A stretch of DNA of 64,000 nt from Bythopirellula sp. (GCA_965216565.1 OZ244170.1:288001-352000); one strand, 5' to 3'; positions 38,852-49,800 are shown, counted from the stretch's first letter. Made by a program: numbers and translations. The notes: a model not told the origin generated them from the letters alone.

Positions 38852-41728
38852 ATGGCACCATCAAAAGAATCACCGGCTAACGGAGCTCCGGCTACCTCGA
38901 TGATCCGCCTTCGCGGTGTTGCCGTGAACAATCTGCAGGAGGTGGACTTAGATCTACCTCACCGGCAGCTCATTGCCTTTTGCGGAGTTAGCGGCAGCGG
39001 CAAGAGTAGCCTGGCTTTAGACACGCTCTACGCCGAGGGACAGCGGCGATACATCGAGAGCTTTTCGACCTACACACGTCAGTTCTTAGAGCAGCTCGAC
39101 AAGCCTGACGCCGACAGCATCGAAGGCATCCCCCCTTCCATTGCAGTGACACGGCAAAACGTAAGCCGTTCGAGTCGTGCGACCGTTGGCAGCGCAACGC
39201 AGATTAACGAGCACTTACAGCTTCTCTTCTCGCGTATCGGCGAAGTGGTATGTCATGGCTGCGGCGAGATTGTCAGTCGCGACTCGGCAGAGTCAGCCGC
39301 CGAAGCGTTAGCCACTTTGCCGGAAAAGACTCGCCTGATGATCGGTTTCCCCTCTCAGTTAGGAAGCGAACGTACCTCAGAGGTATGGCTTGCGGACTTG
39401 TTGGCACTTGGGTACCGGCGGTGCCGCATCGGCGACAAGACGCTGGAATTGAGCTCCGGAATTGCCGGGCAACTAAGCGGCATCGAGCAAATCGACGTCG
39501 TACTCGATCGGCTCACTGCCACCGACGAGACAAGAACTCGGCTCCGAGATTCACTCGAATCGGCACTCGAAGCAGGACGAGGCAGTTGCGTTGTCTGGAC
39601 GCAGTTGTCCGAAGAATCGGGAAATCTAAGTGACGCAAGTACTGTTGAATTAGATGGGCGGCAGTGGCGCGAGCAGCGCTACAGCCAGTTCTTTCGCTGC
39701 GAAGCATGTGACATCGACTACCCCACACCTGAGCCACAGTTACTGAACTTCAATAATCCATTGGGCGCGTGTGCCGAATGCGAAGGCTTCGGCAACATCA
39801 TCGACGTCGACATGGACCGCGTGGTGCCCGACCCCAGCAAGTCGCTCCGTGAAGGGGCCATTGCCCCGTGGAATTCTCCCGCCTATGCGCACGAACTCGA
39901 AGAGCTGTTGGCCCTGGCCGACGATTACAAATTGCCGGTGGACGTGCCTTATCGAGAGCTCACCGACAAGCAGCAGGCTATCGTTCGTGAAGGTGTCCCG
40001 GAACGAGATTTCGGCGGGCTTAATGGTTTTTTCAGCTGGTTAGAACGGCGGAAGTACAAGATGCATCTGCGTGTCTTCTTAAGCCGCTGGCGGAGTTACT
40101 ATCCTTGCCCGAAGTGTGATGGCCAGCGTCTCAACGCCGACGCGTTGGCGGTTCGTGTGGCCGGCAAAAGCATGGGCAACCTGGCCTCGATGAAAATCCG
40201 CGAAGCGCTCGATTGGTTTGATTCGATCGAACTCTCTAACTGGCAGCGGCAGGTGGGGCGGCTGATGATGGAGCAGGTCGTCACGCGGCTCAGATATCTC
40301 GATCGAGTGGGCGTGGGGCACCTGACCGTCGAACGACCCTTACGAACACTCAGCGGCGGGGAGGCCCAGCGGGTTGCGCTGACTTCTGCATTAGGTTCGA
40401 ACCTGGTGGGAATGCTCTACGTGCTCGACGAGCCATGTGCTGGATTACACCAGGCCGATGTGCCCCGGCTGGTCGATGCCATCAGCGAACTCCGTGATCG
40501 CGGGAACTCTGTGGCCGTGGTGGAACACGAACCGCAGCTGATTCGAGCTGCCGACCAGGTCGTGGAACTCGGGCCGGGCGCTGGCGAGTTCGGCGGTCGC
40601 GTCATTTACCAAGGCAGTCCGAAGGAAATGGAGAACTGCACCGAAAGCCGCACTGCCGATTGGCTTGCCGGACGCCGTCGGCCCGAGCCCCGCGAAGACC
40701 GACGCCCCACCGATCAGGGCTGGCTCCGCATCGTTGGTGCCCGAGGAAATAATCTGCAGAACCTCACCGCCGAACTTCCGCTTGGTGTGCTTTGCGTTGT
40801 GACGGGTGTTAGCGGTGCTGGTAAGTCAACCCTCGTTCAGGAAACGCTGTTTCCCGCCGTTGCCCAAGGGCTGAGAATAGAGGGTCACAAGCCATTGCCG
40901 CTCGATGAAATTCTCGGCGTGGGGCAATTAGAAGATGCGATTCTGGTCGATCAAAGTCCCATCGGTCGCACACCGCGCTCCAATCCGGTGACGTACATCA
41001 AAGCGTTCGATCCGATTCGAGCTCTGTTTGCTGAGACCAATGAGGCCCAATCTCGCGGCTTCAAGGCGAGCCACTTCAGCTTCAACGTTGATGGCGGTCG
41101 CTGCGAAGCATGCCAGGGTGAAGGCTATACCCAGGTCGATATGCGTCTGATGGCCGATGTCTACATGCGCTGCGCAGAATGCCAAGGCCAACGCTATCGT
41201 CGCGAAGTGCTCGATGTGAAATACCGCAATTGCAATATCGCTGAGGTGCTGGAACTCTCAGTTCGCGAAGCCTTTACATTCTTTCGCGGGCAGAAACGCA
41301 TTCAATCCCGCCTCAAATGCCTGATGGATGTCGGGCTCGATTATCTGCGGCTGGGCCAGCCTGCCAACACGCTTTCGGGCGGCGAGGCACAACGGTTAAA
41401 GATGGCCACATTTATTGCCGCTCCGCGTAAAGGTCGAACGCTGTTTGTACTCGATGAACCCTGCACCGGGTTGCATTACTCGGACGTTTTGCAATTGCTC
41501 GATGCCTTCGATTTTCTGTTGGCTATGGGGCATTCCCTGATTGTGGTCGAACACAATCTGTTGATGATGCAGGCAGCCGACTACATTCTCGATCTCGGCC
41601 CGGGTGCGGCCGAGGAGGGTGGCAAAGTGGTTGCCCAGGGTACGCCTGAAGAAGTTGCCGCGTGTACTGATTCACTAACTGGCCAATATCTGGCTACGGA
41701 ATTTCAGTCAGTTCCTCCATTAGAATAA
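38852..41728 (+). CDS. uvrA: Excinuclease ABC subunit A
   Basis: GVSGSGKSSLA...EGQRRY, LSGGEAQR twice, GVSGAGKS, DQSPIGRTPRSNP, zinc fingers. Confidence 0.95.
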   Translation: MAPSKESPANGAPATSMIRLRGVAVNNLQEVDLDLPHRQLIAFCGVSGSGKSSLALDTLYAEGQRRYIESFSTYTRQFLEQLDKPDADSIEGIPPSIAVTRQNVSRSSRATVGSATQINEHLQLLFSRIGEVVCHGCGEIVSRDSAESAAEALATLPEKTRLMIGFPSQLGSERTSEVWLADLLALGYRRCRIGDKTLELSSGIAGQLSGIEQIDVVLDRLTATDETRTRLRDSLESALEAGRGSCVVWTQLSEESGNLSDASTVELDGRQWREQRYSQFFRCEACDIDYPTPEPQLLNFNNPLGACAECEGFGNIIDVDMDRVVPDPSKSLREGAIAPWNSPAYAHELEELLALADDYKLPVDVPYRELTDKQQAIVREGVPERDFGGLNGFFSWLERRKYKMHLRVFLSRWRSYYPCPKCDGQRLNADALAVRVAGKSMGNLASMKIREALDWFDSIELSNWQRQVGRLMMEQVVTRLRYLDRVGVGHLTVERPLRTLSGGEAQRVALTSALGSNLVGMLYVLDEPCAGLHQADVPRLVDAISELRDRGNSVAVVEHEPQLIRAADQVVELGPGAGEFGGRVIYQGSPKEMENCTESRTADWLAGRRRPEPREDRRPTDQGWLRIVGARGNNLQNLTAELPLGVLCVVTGVSGAGKSTLVQETLFPAVAQGLRIEGHKPLPLDEILGVGQLEDAILVDQSPIGRTPRSNPVTYIKAFDPIRALFAETNEAQSRGFKASHFSFNVDGGRCEACQGEGYTQVDMRLMADVYMRCAECQGQRYRREVLDVKYRNCNIAEVLELSVREAFTFFRGQKRIQSRLKCLMDVGLDYLRLGQPANTLSGGEAQRLKMATFIAAPRKGRTLFVLDEPCTGLHYSDVLQLLDAFDFLLAMGHSLIVVEHNLLMMQAADYILDLGPGAAEEGGKVVAQGTPEEVAACTDSLTGQYLATEFQSVPPLE

Positions 41729-41762
41729 GATCAAGACTTAAACAAGAATCGAGACCAATGGT

Positions 41763-42635
41763 TTGAATCATCAACTGGAGATCTTTGTGGATCGTGCCTC
41801 AGAGACGAGCGCCATTCTCACGGTCCGCAATCATTCACCGCGACAGATCACCCGGGTCTCTGGCATCTTAAACGGACCGCATTGCATTCGTGCACGAACA
41901 CTGTCCGCAAATTTCACTATTGCCTCGCAGCTCTCTGATTCCGACGAGCAAGAATCTGTCAGCACACTCATCACCGATCCGTGCTTCTGGACGCCCGCCC
42001 TCCCGTATCTCTACAAGATAGACCTGCAAGTCAACTGGAGCGATGGAACCGTTTTCCGTTGGAAGCAATCGATCGGGCTGCGTCGCTGGGAAGTTCTGGG
42101 CAGCAGCTTTTTTCAAGAGCGCCGTCGCGTAGTTTTACGCGGAGCCTGTATCGATCAACCTACTTCGGAGCAATTGACGTCTGCCGCCCAAGCCGAGATA
42201 GCAATCATTTCGCACAATCTTTCGGATGTCATGCTAGCCTCTGCCAGCGAGGTGGGAGCGAACTTGTTTATTGACTTACGTCAAGAGGATGAACAGATTG
42301 ACACAGAGCTACGACGTTTTAGTTGGTATCCCGCAGTCGCAGGAGTATTATTGACACCGAAATCGGTTGGCTATACGCGACTGCCCAACGGAACCAAGCT
42401 AGGATCGGTGGTTGGGCCCAACGATGTGGCGGAGAACCATTCTTCGGGTGACCTAATGGTCGTAGATTTGCAGCACGAAGAAACGCCACCCGTTTGGGCT
42501 TCGCAGAAGACAAAGCCGGCTATTGCCATCCGAAAACGGCAAGAACAGGTAGAGATAGCCGAAGTCAGAGCGCACTGCGACCAACTCCAGGCCGACCTCG
42601 CGCCGGACTTTGATTTGGCAGGGTACTTTGTTTAA
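41763..42635 (+). CDS. Hypothetical protein with degenerate GH2-like segment
   Basis: FWTPALPYLY...IGLRRWEV...F...RVVLRG resembles the GH2 Ig-domain/TIM-barrel junction. Start is uncertain. Confidence 0.65.
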   Translation: MNHQLEIFVDRASETSAILTVRNHSPRQITRVSGILNGPHCIRARTLSANFTIASQLSDSDEQESVSTLITDPCFWTPALPYLYKIDLQVNWSDGTVFRWKQSIGLRRWEVLGSSFFQERRRVVLRGACIDQPTSEQLTSAAQAEIAIISHNLSDVMLASASEVGANLFIDLRQEDEQIDTELRRFSWYPAVAGVLLTPKSVGYTRLPNGTKLGSVVGPNDVAENHSSGDLMVVDLQHEETPPVWASQKTKPAIAIRKRQEQVEIAEVRAHCDQLQADLAPDFDLAGYFV

Positions 42636-42656
42636 GACGACCAGCGGAATCGATTC

Positions 42657-43697
42657 ATGAGCGACCCCTCTAACAAACTCGATCGCTATCGGCGTCAAAT
42701 GCGATTTGCGCCGTTGGGAGAAGAGGGGCAGCACGAACTCGCCGCCGCACGGGTTCTCATCTGTGGTAGTGGTGCCCTCGGTTGCAGCGTTGCCGATATG
42801 TTAGTCCGCGCGGGAGTGGGCTCTGTTCGACTAGTCGACCGGGACTTTGTGGATCTCGACAACTTGCATCGACAGATTCTGTTTGACGAGAGCGATGCCG
42901 AGCAGCACATGCCCAAGGCAGTAGCGGCGTCCAAACGACTGGCGGAAATCAATTCCCAGGTGCAAGTGGAACCAATTGTTGCCGACGTGAACGCAGCGAA
43001 TATTCGCGATTTGGTCCAGGACGTCGCCGTAATCGTCGATGGCACGGATAATTTTGAAACACGGTATTTGCTCAATGACATCGCAGTGGAAGCCAAAATA
43101 CCTTGGGTCTTTGCAGGTTGTGTCGGTGCGGAGGGGCAGACCTTTGCCATCGTACCGGGGCAGACGCCTTGTCTCACTTGCATCATGTCGGAACCTCCAC
43201 CCGCAGAGGAAATGCCCACTTGCGAATCGGCTGGCGTTCTCTCGCCGATCGTCAACCTCATGGCATCGCTTCAAGCGACTGAGACACTCAAGCTGCTGAG
43301 CGGCAATGCCGAACGTCTCAACCCGATGATGACATTCGTCGATTTGTGGGACAACCGAATCCAAACGATTTCCATGGCCGGGAGCCGCAATTCGGAATGC
43401 TCCACTTGCGGCAAGCGAGAGTTTGTATGGCTCTCGGGCAACCGTGGCAGCAGTGCCACGCAACTCTGCGGTCGCAATTCGGTGCAGATCTCTCCGACTG
43501 CCGGTGGCGCGGTGGATTTGGAGTTGCTAGCAAGAAAACTGGATAGCGTTGGCACGATTTCGGCCAACCCCTATCTGCTGCGGGCCCAGGTGGAGGAGTA
43601 CTTGCTGACGGTGTTTGCCGATGGGCGAACTATTGTGGGGGGAACCGATGACCCGGCGAAGGCTCGCACGGTGCATGCAAAATACGTCGGGAACTAA
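42657..43697 (+). CDS. ThiF/MoeB family adenylyltransferase
   Basis: RYRRQ, GSGALG, DRDFVDLDNLHRQ, DGTDNFETRYLLND, CLTC/CSTC, TCESAGV. Confidence 0.92.
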   Translation: MSDPSNKLDRYRRQMRFAPLGEEGQHELAAARVLICGSGALGCSVADMLVRAGVGSVRLVDRDFVDLDNLHRQILFDESDAEQHMPKAVAASKRLAEINSQVQVEPIVADVNAANIRDLVQDVAVIVDGTDNFETRYLLNDIAVEAKIPWVFAGCVGAEGQTFAIVPGQTPCLTCIMSEPPPAEEMPTCESAGVLSPIVNLMASLQATETLKLLSGNAERLNPMMTFVDLWDNRIQTISMAGSRNSECSTCGKREFVWLSGNRGSSATQLCGRNSVQISPTAGGAVDLELLARKLDSVGTISANPYLLRAQVEEYLLTVFADGRTIVGGTDDPAKARTVHAKYVGN

Positions 43698-43877
43698 CCG
43701 CAAATCTCGCCACGTTTCTCTAGCTTCCCACCCAGTCTGGGGAGTCTGTGGTTTTGGCTCGAAGTAGATAGAGTCTCCCGCCGTCGATGTCCGATGGACA
43801 ACAGTAGCCCCCCGCTTCTCTTCCCGTAAGCGTGCTGGCAAACCCAACGACCCAGACCCTTTTCCGCATCTTTCGAT

Positions 43878-44792
43878 ATGGCCACTGTTGAACACTCGCG
43901 ACCGGTACGCGCCAATTTCGCTCGCACCGATTCTCCTACACCTCAAATGGCCGTTGGCCGACTCGGGCCCTGGCAGCTTGTCCGATTGCTCTACGAGAGT
44001 GAACTGGCGCGAGTCTACTTATGCCGTCCTGCCGACTCCGCCGAGGATCAGCCCGCAAACTATGTAATCAAGGTATTGCGTAAGGAATGGTGGCGTGACC
44101 CGCAGGCAATAGAAATGCAACGTCGCGCTGCTTGGTTGGGTGGGACGATCTCGCATCCGCATTTGTTACCGGTCCTTTCTAGCAGTGTGAGTCAAGCGCC
44201 GTTTTTCTTCGTCTCTCCCAAGATCGAAGGCCGCACACTGGCCGAATTGCTCGCCAATGGCAGCCTGACGCTCCCGATAGTGTTATGGATTGGTCGCCAG
44301 GTCGCCGAAGCACTCTCAGCGCTACACGAGTCGACCGGCATGGTACATGCCGATGTAAAACCAGCAAACATCCTGGTCTCAGCGGAGGGCCATACCACGT
44401 TGATCGATCTTGGATTTGCCCACTCACCCGACGAACAGCGTCATTGGTCGTCGCGACCGGTGATGGGTACCTTGGCATACATTGCCCCAGAATCGATCAC
44501 GTCGTCGCTGTCTTCGCAGCTCAGCAGCGATCTGTATAGCTTGGGGGTGACGCTTTACGAAATGATTTGCGGTCATTTACCCTTCCAAGCAGAATCGCCC
44601 GCTGACCTCATTCGCATGCACCGCGAGAGCAAACCCAACTGCATTCGCCTCGAAAAACCAGAGACGCCCAAGTCAGTGGCTTCGCTCGTTCATCGTTTGC
44701 TATCGAAAGAAGCAATGCGTCGGCCAACGTCAGCCGCTGCAGTCGCTGAGGAATTGATGCGCCTGGAAATCGAATGTTTTACTTGTCGGTGA
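43878..44792 (+). CDS. Ser/Thr protein kinase (kinase domain only)
   Basis: VIK, HADVKPANIL, IDLG, GTLAYIAPE, SDLYSLGV. Confidence 0.9.
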   Translation: MATVEHSRPVRANFARTDSPTPQMAVGRLGPWQLVRLLYESELARVYLCRPADSAEDQPANYVIKVLRKEWWRDPQAIEMQRRAAWLGGTISHPHLLPVLSSSVSQAPFFFVSPKIEGRTLAELLANGSLTLPIVLWIGRQVAEALSALHESTGMVHADVKPANILVSAEGHTTLIDLGFAHSPDEQRHWSSRPVMGTLAYIAPESITSSLSSQLSSDLYSLGVTLYEMICGHLPFQAESPADLIRMHRESKPNCIRLEKPETPKSVASLVHRLLSKEAMRRPTSAAAVAEELMRLEIECFTCR

Positions 44793-45000
44793 ATCAGGAT
44801 GAACACCGGATTTCTGACGCAGCGATCGCCACGAACGAATAAGTTGCTGAGGTTGAAACGTAGCGTGAACAGCAGCGAAGTGGATTCGCTACCTCAGAGC
44901 AGTACATTCTTGGGTTTTGTTTTCGATCATCAACTGCCATAAATCCCCTCTATTCCTGTGCGGGAACTACTCATCGGATGTGCAGGAATCAGAATTCTTG

Positions 45001-45028
45001 TTGACGTTGTCTAGTGTCACTCGATAAT
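45001..45028 (+). promoter_or_regulatory. Sigma70-type promoter of xdhABC with overlapping TGAC-N10-GTCA dyad
   Basis: TTGACG-N16-GATAAT. Confidence 0.5.
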
Positions 45029-45119
45029 TGAAATAGGACTATTTCGGCGGCTTCTGCAAAGGCACCGTTTGATTCCTTTCCCCCACTTTCCCTAGGCGGT
45101 GCGTAAGGCAATTTGTTCA

Positions 45120-46562
45120 ATGCGCGATCAGGTACTTCTCTATCTTAATGGCCGTCGTCACATGGTTGATTCGGCCGATGCCGCGCTTTCGCTGTCGGAT
45201 TATCTGCGTTACAGGCAAAGACTCACCGGCACCAAGATTGTCTGTAGCGAGGGCGACTGCGGTGCCTGTAGCGTCCTGGTAGGACGGCCTAAGAACGGTC
45301 GTCTGGAATATCAAAGTGTCGACTCTTGTATCTTGTTTGTCTTTCAACTCGAAGGGGCCCATGTGGTTTCGATCGAGGGGCTCCAGCAGGATGGTCAGTT
45401 AACGCCCGTACAACAAGCGATGGTCGACTGCCATGGTTCGCAATGCGGTTTCTGCACGCCCGGCTTCGTGACCACAATGACCGGCATGCTGGAAAATCGA
45501 CCGCAACTCGACGATGCCGACATGCGCTGCGGACTCACTGGTAACCTCTGCCGTTGTACTGGCTACACATCGATCCTCGATGCGGGTCGGGCCGTGGCGC
45601 AGGACGAGCATAAACGGCTGGAAGAGCTTTATCCCTCCGCAGAAATGATTGCCGACTTTGAGCAACATGCCGACGACGAAATTGCCTTGAGTCATACTTC
45701 GCCTGAGACTGCGCACAAAATTAATCTGCCGCGAACGCTCTCCGAAGCTCTTAAGACGTTGGCAGATCACCCCAAGTCGACCATCATCGCAGGGGCGACG
45801 GATTTGGGTGTACGAATTAATAAAACACGCAATTTCCCCACTACGGTTCTGGACCTAAACCGAGTGAGCGAACTACAGCAAATCACCGTTGCAGACCATC
45901 AGTTAGAGCTTGGTGCTCGTGTCAGTTGGACTGCGATGGAAGAGATTTGTGCGGCGAACATTCCACAGTTCGAAGGAATCGTTTCAGTCTTTGGTTCGCC
46001 CCAGATTCGAAACATGGGCACCCTGGGTGGCAACATCATTAATGCCTCTCCCATTGCCGATTCACTACCTTTACTCCACGTGATGCATGCCGAGCTAGAG
46101 TTGGCGTCGGCCGACGGAACCCGGCGAGTCGATATCAACGATTTCTACCAGGATTACAAACAGTTTGATCTTCATCCAGGCGAGATGCTTACCAAAATCG
46201 TCTTGCCACTGCCTGACGAATCAGAACTACTCAGGCTCTACAAAATCTCCCGTCGGCGGGATTTGGATATCTCCAGCTTTACCGCCGCCATCCGGATGCA
46301 GGTCGAGGGCGGCACGATTTCGTCCGTTGCGATCGCCTACGGTGCGGTGGGGCCCATCATCCTCCGTTTATCACAGACTGAAGCCTTCCTCACCGGGCAA
46401 TCCTTTTCTGAAGAGACTATGTATGCGGCGGGCGATATTGCGGTTTCAGAAATTACACCCATCAGTGATGTCCGCGGGTCGGCCGACTATCGCTATCAAC
46501 TCGCACGCAATGTATTGCTAAAATTTTATCACGAACATCAGCCAGCCGTGTTGGTTGCCTAA
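45120..46562 (+). CDS. xdhA: Xanthine dehydrogenase small subunit (2Fe-2S + FAD)
   Basis: GTKIVCSEGDCGAC, GSQCGFCTPG, GNLCRCTGY, AGATDL, PISDVRGSADYR. Confidence 0.93.
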   Translation: MRDQVLLYLNGRRHMVDSADAALSLSDYLRYRQRLTGTKIVCSEGDCGACSVLVGRPKNGRLEYQSVDSCILFVFQLEGAHVVSIEGLQQDGQLTPVQQAMVDCHGSQCGFCTPGFVTTMTGMLENRPQLDDADMRCGLTGNLCRCTGYTSILDAGRAVAQDEHKRLEELYPSAEMIADFEQHADDEIALSHTSPETAHKINLPRTLSEALKTLADHPKSTIIAGATDLGVRINKTRNFPTTVLDLNRVSELQQITVADHQLELGARVSWTAMEEICAANIPQFEGIVSVFGSPQIRNMGTLGGNIINASPIADSLPLLHVMHAELELASADGTRRVDINDFYQDYKQFDLHPGEMLTKIVLPLPDESELLRLYKISRRRDLDISSFTAAIRMQVEGGTISSVAIAYGAVGPIILRLSQTEAFLTGQSFSEETMYAAGDIAVSEITPISDVRGSADYRYQLARNVLLKFYHEHQPAVLVA

Positions 46563-46590
46563 CCCCATTTAGATTGAAGAGCCAGAATTA

Positions 46591-48936
46591 ATGCCCTCCG
46601 TCGGATCCCCATTGCCGCACGATGCTGCCCATGGCCATGTTACCGGGCAGGCGCCTTACTTGGACGATCTTCGTTGCCTTGAAGGTGAATTGCACGTGGG
46701 TTTTGTCGGGAGCCCTGTGGCCTGTGGCGATCTGCTGGGTATCGATCTCACCGAAGCCGCAGCAGTGCCCGGCGTGGTGGGGTGCTACACGGCCGAAGAT
46801 GTCGAAGGTCACAACATTTTTGGTCTGGTCGTGGCAGACGAACCGTTCCTAGCCCAAGGCAATCTGCTGTATATGGGGCAGCCAGTGGCGATTATCGCTG
46901 CTGAAACGCGCGATGCTCTAGATCGTGCTCGCAAACTGGCGAAGGTTGACTATCGCGAGACGAAGCCGCTTCTCGACTTGGAAGAAGCAATCCGCAACGA
47001 ACGGTTCCTAGGATCCGTGCTTCGCATTGCTCGGGGCGACGCCGACCAGGCCCTGGAAAATTCGGAGCACCGCATTTCCGGCACGTTCACCAGCGGCGGA
47101 CAAGAACAGTTTTATCTGGAGTCGCAAGCCGCGATTGCCTATCCCGGCGAGCAAGGGCAGATGGTTGTTCACTCGTCCACTCAGAATCCCACCGAGATTC
47201 AAATTGTGGTGGCGGAGGTTTTGGGCCTGGGGCAACACGAAGTTGTTTGCATCTGCAAGCGAATGGGGGGGGCATTCGGCGGCAAGGAAACGCAGGCCGC
47301 CATTCCTGCCCTAATGGCCGCACTGGTGGCCCAAAAGACGGGCCGGCCCGCACGTGTAATTTACAACAAAGACGACGACATGTGCGTCACCGGCAAACGG
47401 CACCAATATCTGACCCGTTGGGAAGTAGGCTTCGATGGCGAGGGGCGGATTCAAGCGTTACGCTGCAATTACTTCTCCAACGGCGGAGCTTCCACGGACC
47501 TCTCGCCTCCGGTCATGGAGCGTACTTTGCTCCACGCCGATAATGCCTATTATTTTCCGAACGTCGAACTGAATGGTCGGATTTGCTTTACCAATATCCC
47601 CCCGAATACCGCGTTCCGCGGATTTGGTGGTCCTCAGTCGATGGCCGTTACGGAGAACGTCCTCGAATCGATCGCCCAACATTTGGGCCGCGACCCCTAC
47701 GACATCCGACTGGCGAATCTCTACGGCGTCGGCGAACGCAACATCACACCTTATGGGCAGGTTTTTGAGAAAAACCATTTGCCGGAAATCTTCGCTACTC
47801 TCGCCGCCCAGTCGCACTACAAGCAACGGCGGAAAGAGATCGCAAACTTCAATGCAAACTCGCAGCTACAATTGCGGGGCTTAGCAATGACTGGGGTGAA
47901 ATTTGGGATTTCGTTCACCACCAAATTTCTGAACCAAGGGAACGCCTTAGTCAATATTTACACCGACGGTACAATTCAAGTTTCCACTGGTGCCACGGAG
48001 ATGGGGCAGGGCGTGAATGTCAAGATTCGCCAATTGGTGGCGGATGAGTTTGGCATCGATCCCCACTTTGTCGTGGTGATGCCCACGAGTACAGAGAAGA
48101 ACAACAACACCTCGCCGACCGCCGCATCAGCCAGTACCGATCTCAACGGTGCCGCGGCAGTCAATGCATGTCAGCAAATCCGCAATCGTTTAGAAGAGTT
48201 CGCCGCCGAACGTCTGTCCGATATCGATGCCGGATTGCAGGCATCTCCCCGCCACATTGAGTTTGTCGGTGGTGAAGTTTACGACAGTCGCCGGCCCCAG
48301 GTGAAAGTACCATTCCCCCAGCTGTGTGCTGACGCTCGATGCGCACGCGTGGACTTAGGAGCCCGCGGATTCTTCGCCACACCAGGCGTCGATTTCAATC
48401 GAGAAACGGGACGTGGAACACCGTTCTTCTATTACACTCAGGGAGCAGCAGCCGCAGAGGTTGTGATTGATCGCTTTACCGGCGAATTGCAAGTCAAACG
48501 CGTTGATCTCTTGATCGACATTGGCGAGTCGATCAACCCGGGTGTCGATCGCGGACAGGTAATTGGTGGATTTGTCCAAGGCATGGGCTGGGTCACTACC
48601 GAAGCGCTTATTTACGGTGATGGCGGGGAACTGCTGTCCCACTCGCCAACGACCTACAAAATTCCTGCCATTACCGATGTGCCCACAGAATTCAATGTTG
48701 CCACGTTCGACAACCCAGATAACGTGCGGAACATCCGCCGCAGCAAGGCGGTGGGTGAACCACCACTGATGATGGGCATCTGCGTCTGGGCCGCCGTGAA
48801 AGATGCGCTCTGGCATCTTGGGGCAGAGAACATGGACGATCTGCAGCTTCCCGCCACAGGAGAAGAAATACTGCGCTGCCTCTCCTCGGCCACAAACACA
48901 ACTGCCCCTTCGGAATCGAATATCGCGACTAAATAG
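46591..48936 (+). CDS. xdhB: Xanthine dehydrogenase molybdopterin-binding subunit
   Basis: GGQEQFYLE, RMGGAFGGKE, TAFRGFGGPQ, KFGISF, TEMGQG, SKAVGEPP. Confidence 0.95.
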   Translation: MPSVGSPLPHDAAHGHVTGQAPYLDDLRCLEGELHVGFVGSPVACGDLLGIDLTEAAAVPGVVGCYTAEDVEGHNIFGLVVADEPFLAQGNLLYMGQPVAIIAAETRDALDRARKLAKVDYRETKPLLDLEEAIRNERFLGSVLRIARGDADQALENSEHRISGTFTSGGQEQFYLESQAAIAYPGEQGQMVVHSSTQNPTEIQIVVAEVLGLGQHEVVCICKRMGGAFGGKETQAAIPALMAALVAQKTGRPARVIYNKDDDMCVTGKRHQYLTRWEVGFDGEGRIQALRCNYFSNGGASTDLSPPVMERTLLHADNAYYFPNVELNGRICFTNIPPNTAFRGFGGPQSMAVTENVLESIAQHLGRDPYDIRLANLYGVGERNITPYGQVFEKNHLPEIFATLAAQSHYKQRRKEIANFNANSQLQLRGLAMTGVKFGISFTTKFLNQGNALVNIYTDGTIQVSTGATEMGQGVNVKIRQLVADEFGIDPHFVVVMPTSTEKNNNTSPTAASASTDLNGAAAVNACQQIRNRLEEFAAERLSDIDAGLQASPRHIEFVGGEVYDSRRPQVKVPFPQLCADARCARVDLGARGFFATPGVDFNRETGRGTPFFYYTQGAAAAEVVIDRFTGELQVKRVDLLIDIGESINPGVDRGQVIGGFVQGMGWVTTEALIYGDGGELLSHSPTTYKIPAITDVPTEFNVATFDNPDNVRNIRRSKAVGEPPLMMGICVWAAVKDALWHLGAENMDDLQLPATGEEILRCLSSATNTTAPSESNIATK

Positions 48937-48987
48937 GTTAGATTTCTGTCGCACCGTTTCCCCACTCTGTCCCTCGGACTCTCACGT

Positions 48988-49800
48988 ATGCCAGCAGGTC
49001 ATGGATTTGTCGAACGGCTTGCCGAACTCACTCGGACCGGCGTCCCCTGCGCCAGCGTCACTCTAGTTCAGGCAATTGGCAGCACACCCCAGGACGCAGG
49101 AAGCAAGATGCTGGTCACCGCCGCGGGGCTTTCCAGTGGTACCGTTGGTGGCGGCAAGGTCGAGTTCAAAGCCTTGGAGCATGCCCAGCAAATGCTCGCC
49201 CACACGGGTCCCGAAGCACTTGCCAACGAACTGGTCGAGTGGAACCTGCAAAACGATGTTGGCATGACTTGTGGTGGCGTCGTGAAACTTTACTTCGAGA
49301 CTTACAATCTTTGCGATTGGCAGATCGTTGTGTTTGGTGCGGGCCACGTTGCGGCAGCGCTCATTCACTGTCTAGCACAGCTAGATTGCCGAGTGACCTG
49401 CATCGACCCCAGGCAAGAGTGGCTCGAAAAAATCCCCGAGCATCCCTCGCTCACCAAACTATGCGAACCCGATACGCGCTCGCGAGTCGCAGAGTTGCAG
49501 GACAGATCATTCGTCCTCTGCATGACGATGGGCCATGGCACCGACCGGCCCATTTTGGAAGAAATCTTTCAGCAAGAGCGAAAGTTCCCGTTCCTGGGAG
49601 TCATCGGCAGCAAGGCCAAACGCTCTGTCCTCAAGCGAGAATTGCTCGAGGCTAAGATTCCTGAACAGTCCATCGACACCATCCACTGCCCCATTGGTTT
49701 GCCGATTGGCACTAATCAGCCTGGGGAAATCGCGGTAAGTATTACCGCCCAACTAATCCAGCAACGCGACCAATGGCGCGCCACTGCCGATAAGGTGTAG
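48988..49800 (+). CDS. xdhC: Xanthine dehydrogenase accessory protein
   Basis: GSTPQDAGSKM, GTVGGG, GMTCGG, FGAGHV, GVIGSKAK, CPIG. Confidence 0.92.
   Translation: MPAGHGFVERLAELTRTGVPCASVTLVQAIGSTPQDAGSKMLVTAAGLSSGTVGGGKVEFKALEHAQQMLAHTGPEALANELVEWNLQNDVGMTCGGVVKLYFETYNLCDWQIVVFGAGHVAAALIHCLAQLDCRVTCIDPRQEWLEKIPEHPSLTKLCEPDTRSRVAELQDRSFVLCMTMGHGTDRPILEEIFQQERKFPFLGVIGSKAKRSVLKRELLEAKIPEQSIDTIHCPIGLPIGTNQPGEIAVSITAQLIQQRDQWRATADKV

Noticed and set aside
44793..45119. Purine or xanthine riboswitch upstream of xdhA
   Set aside because: No recognisable aptamer core by eye; only a promoter-like sequence was found.
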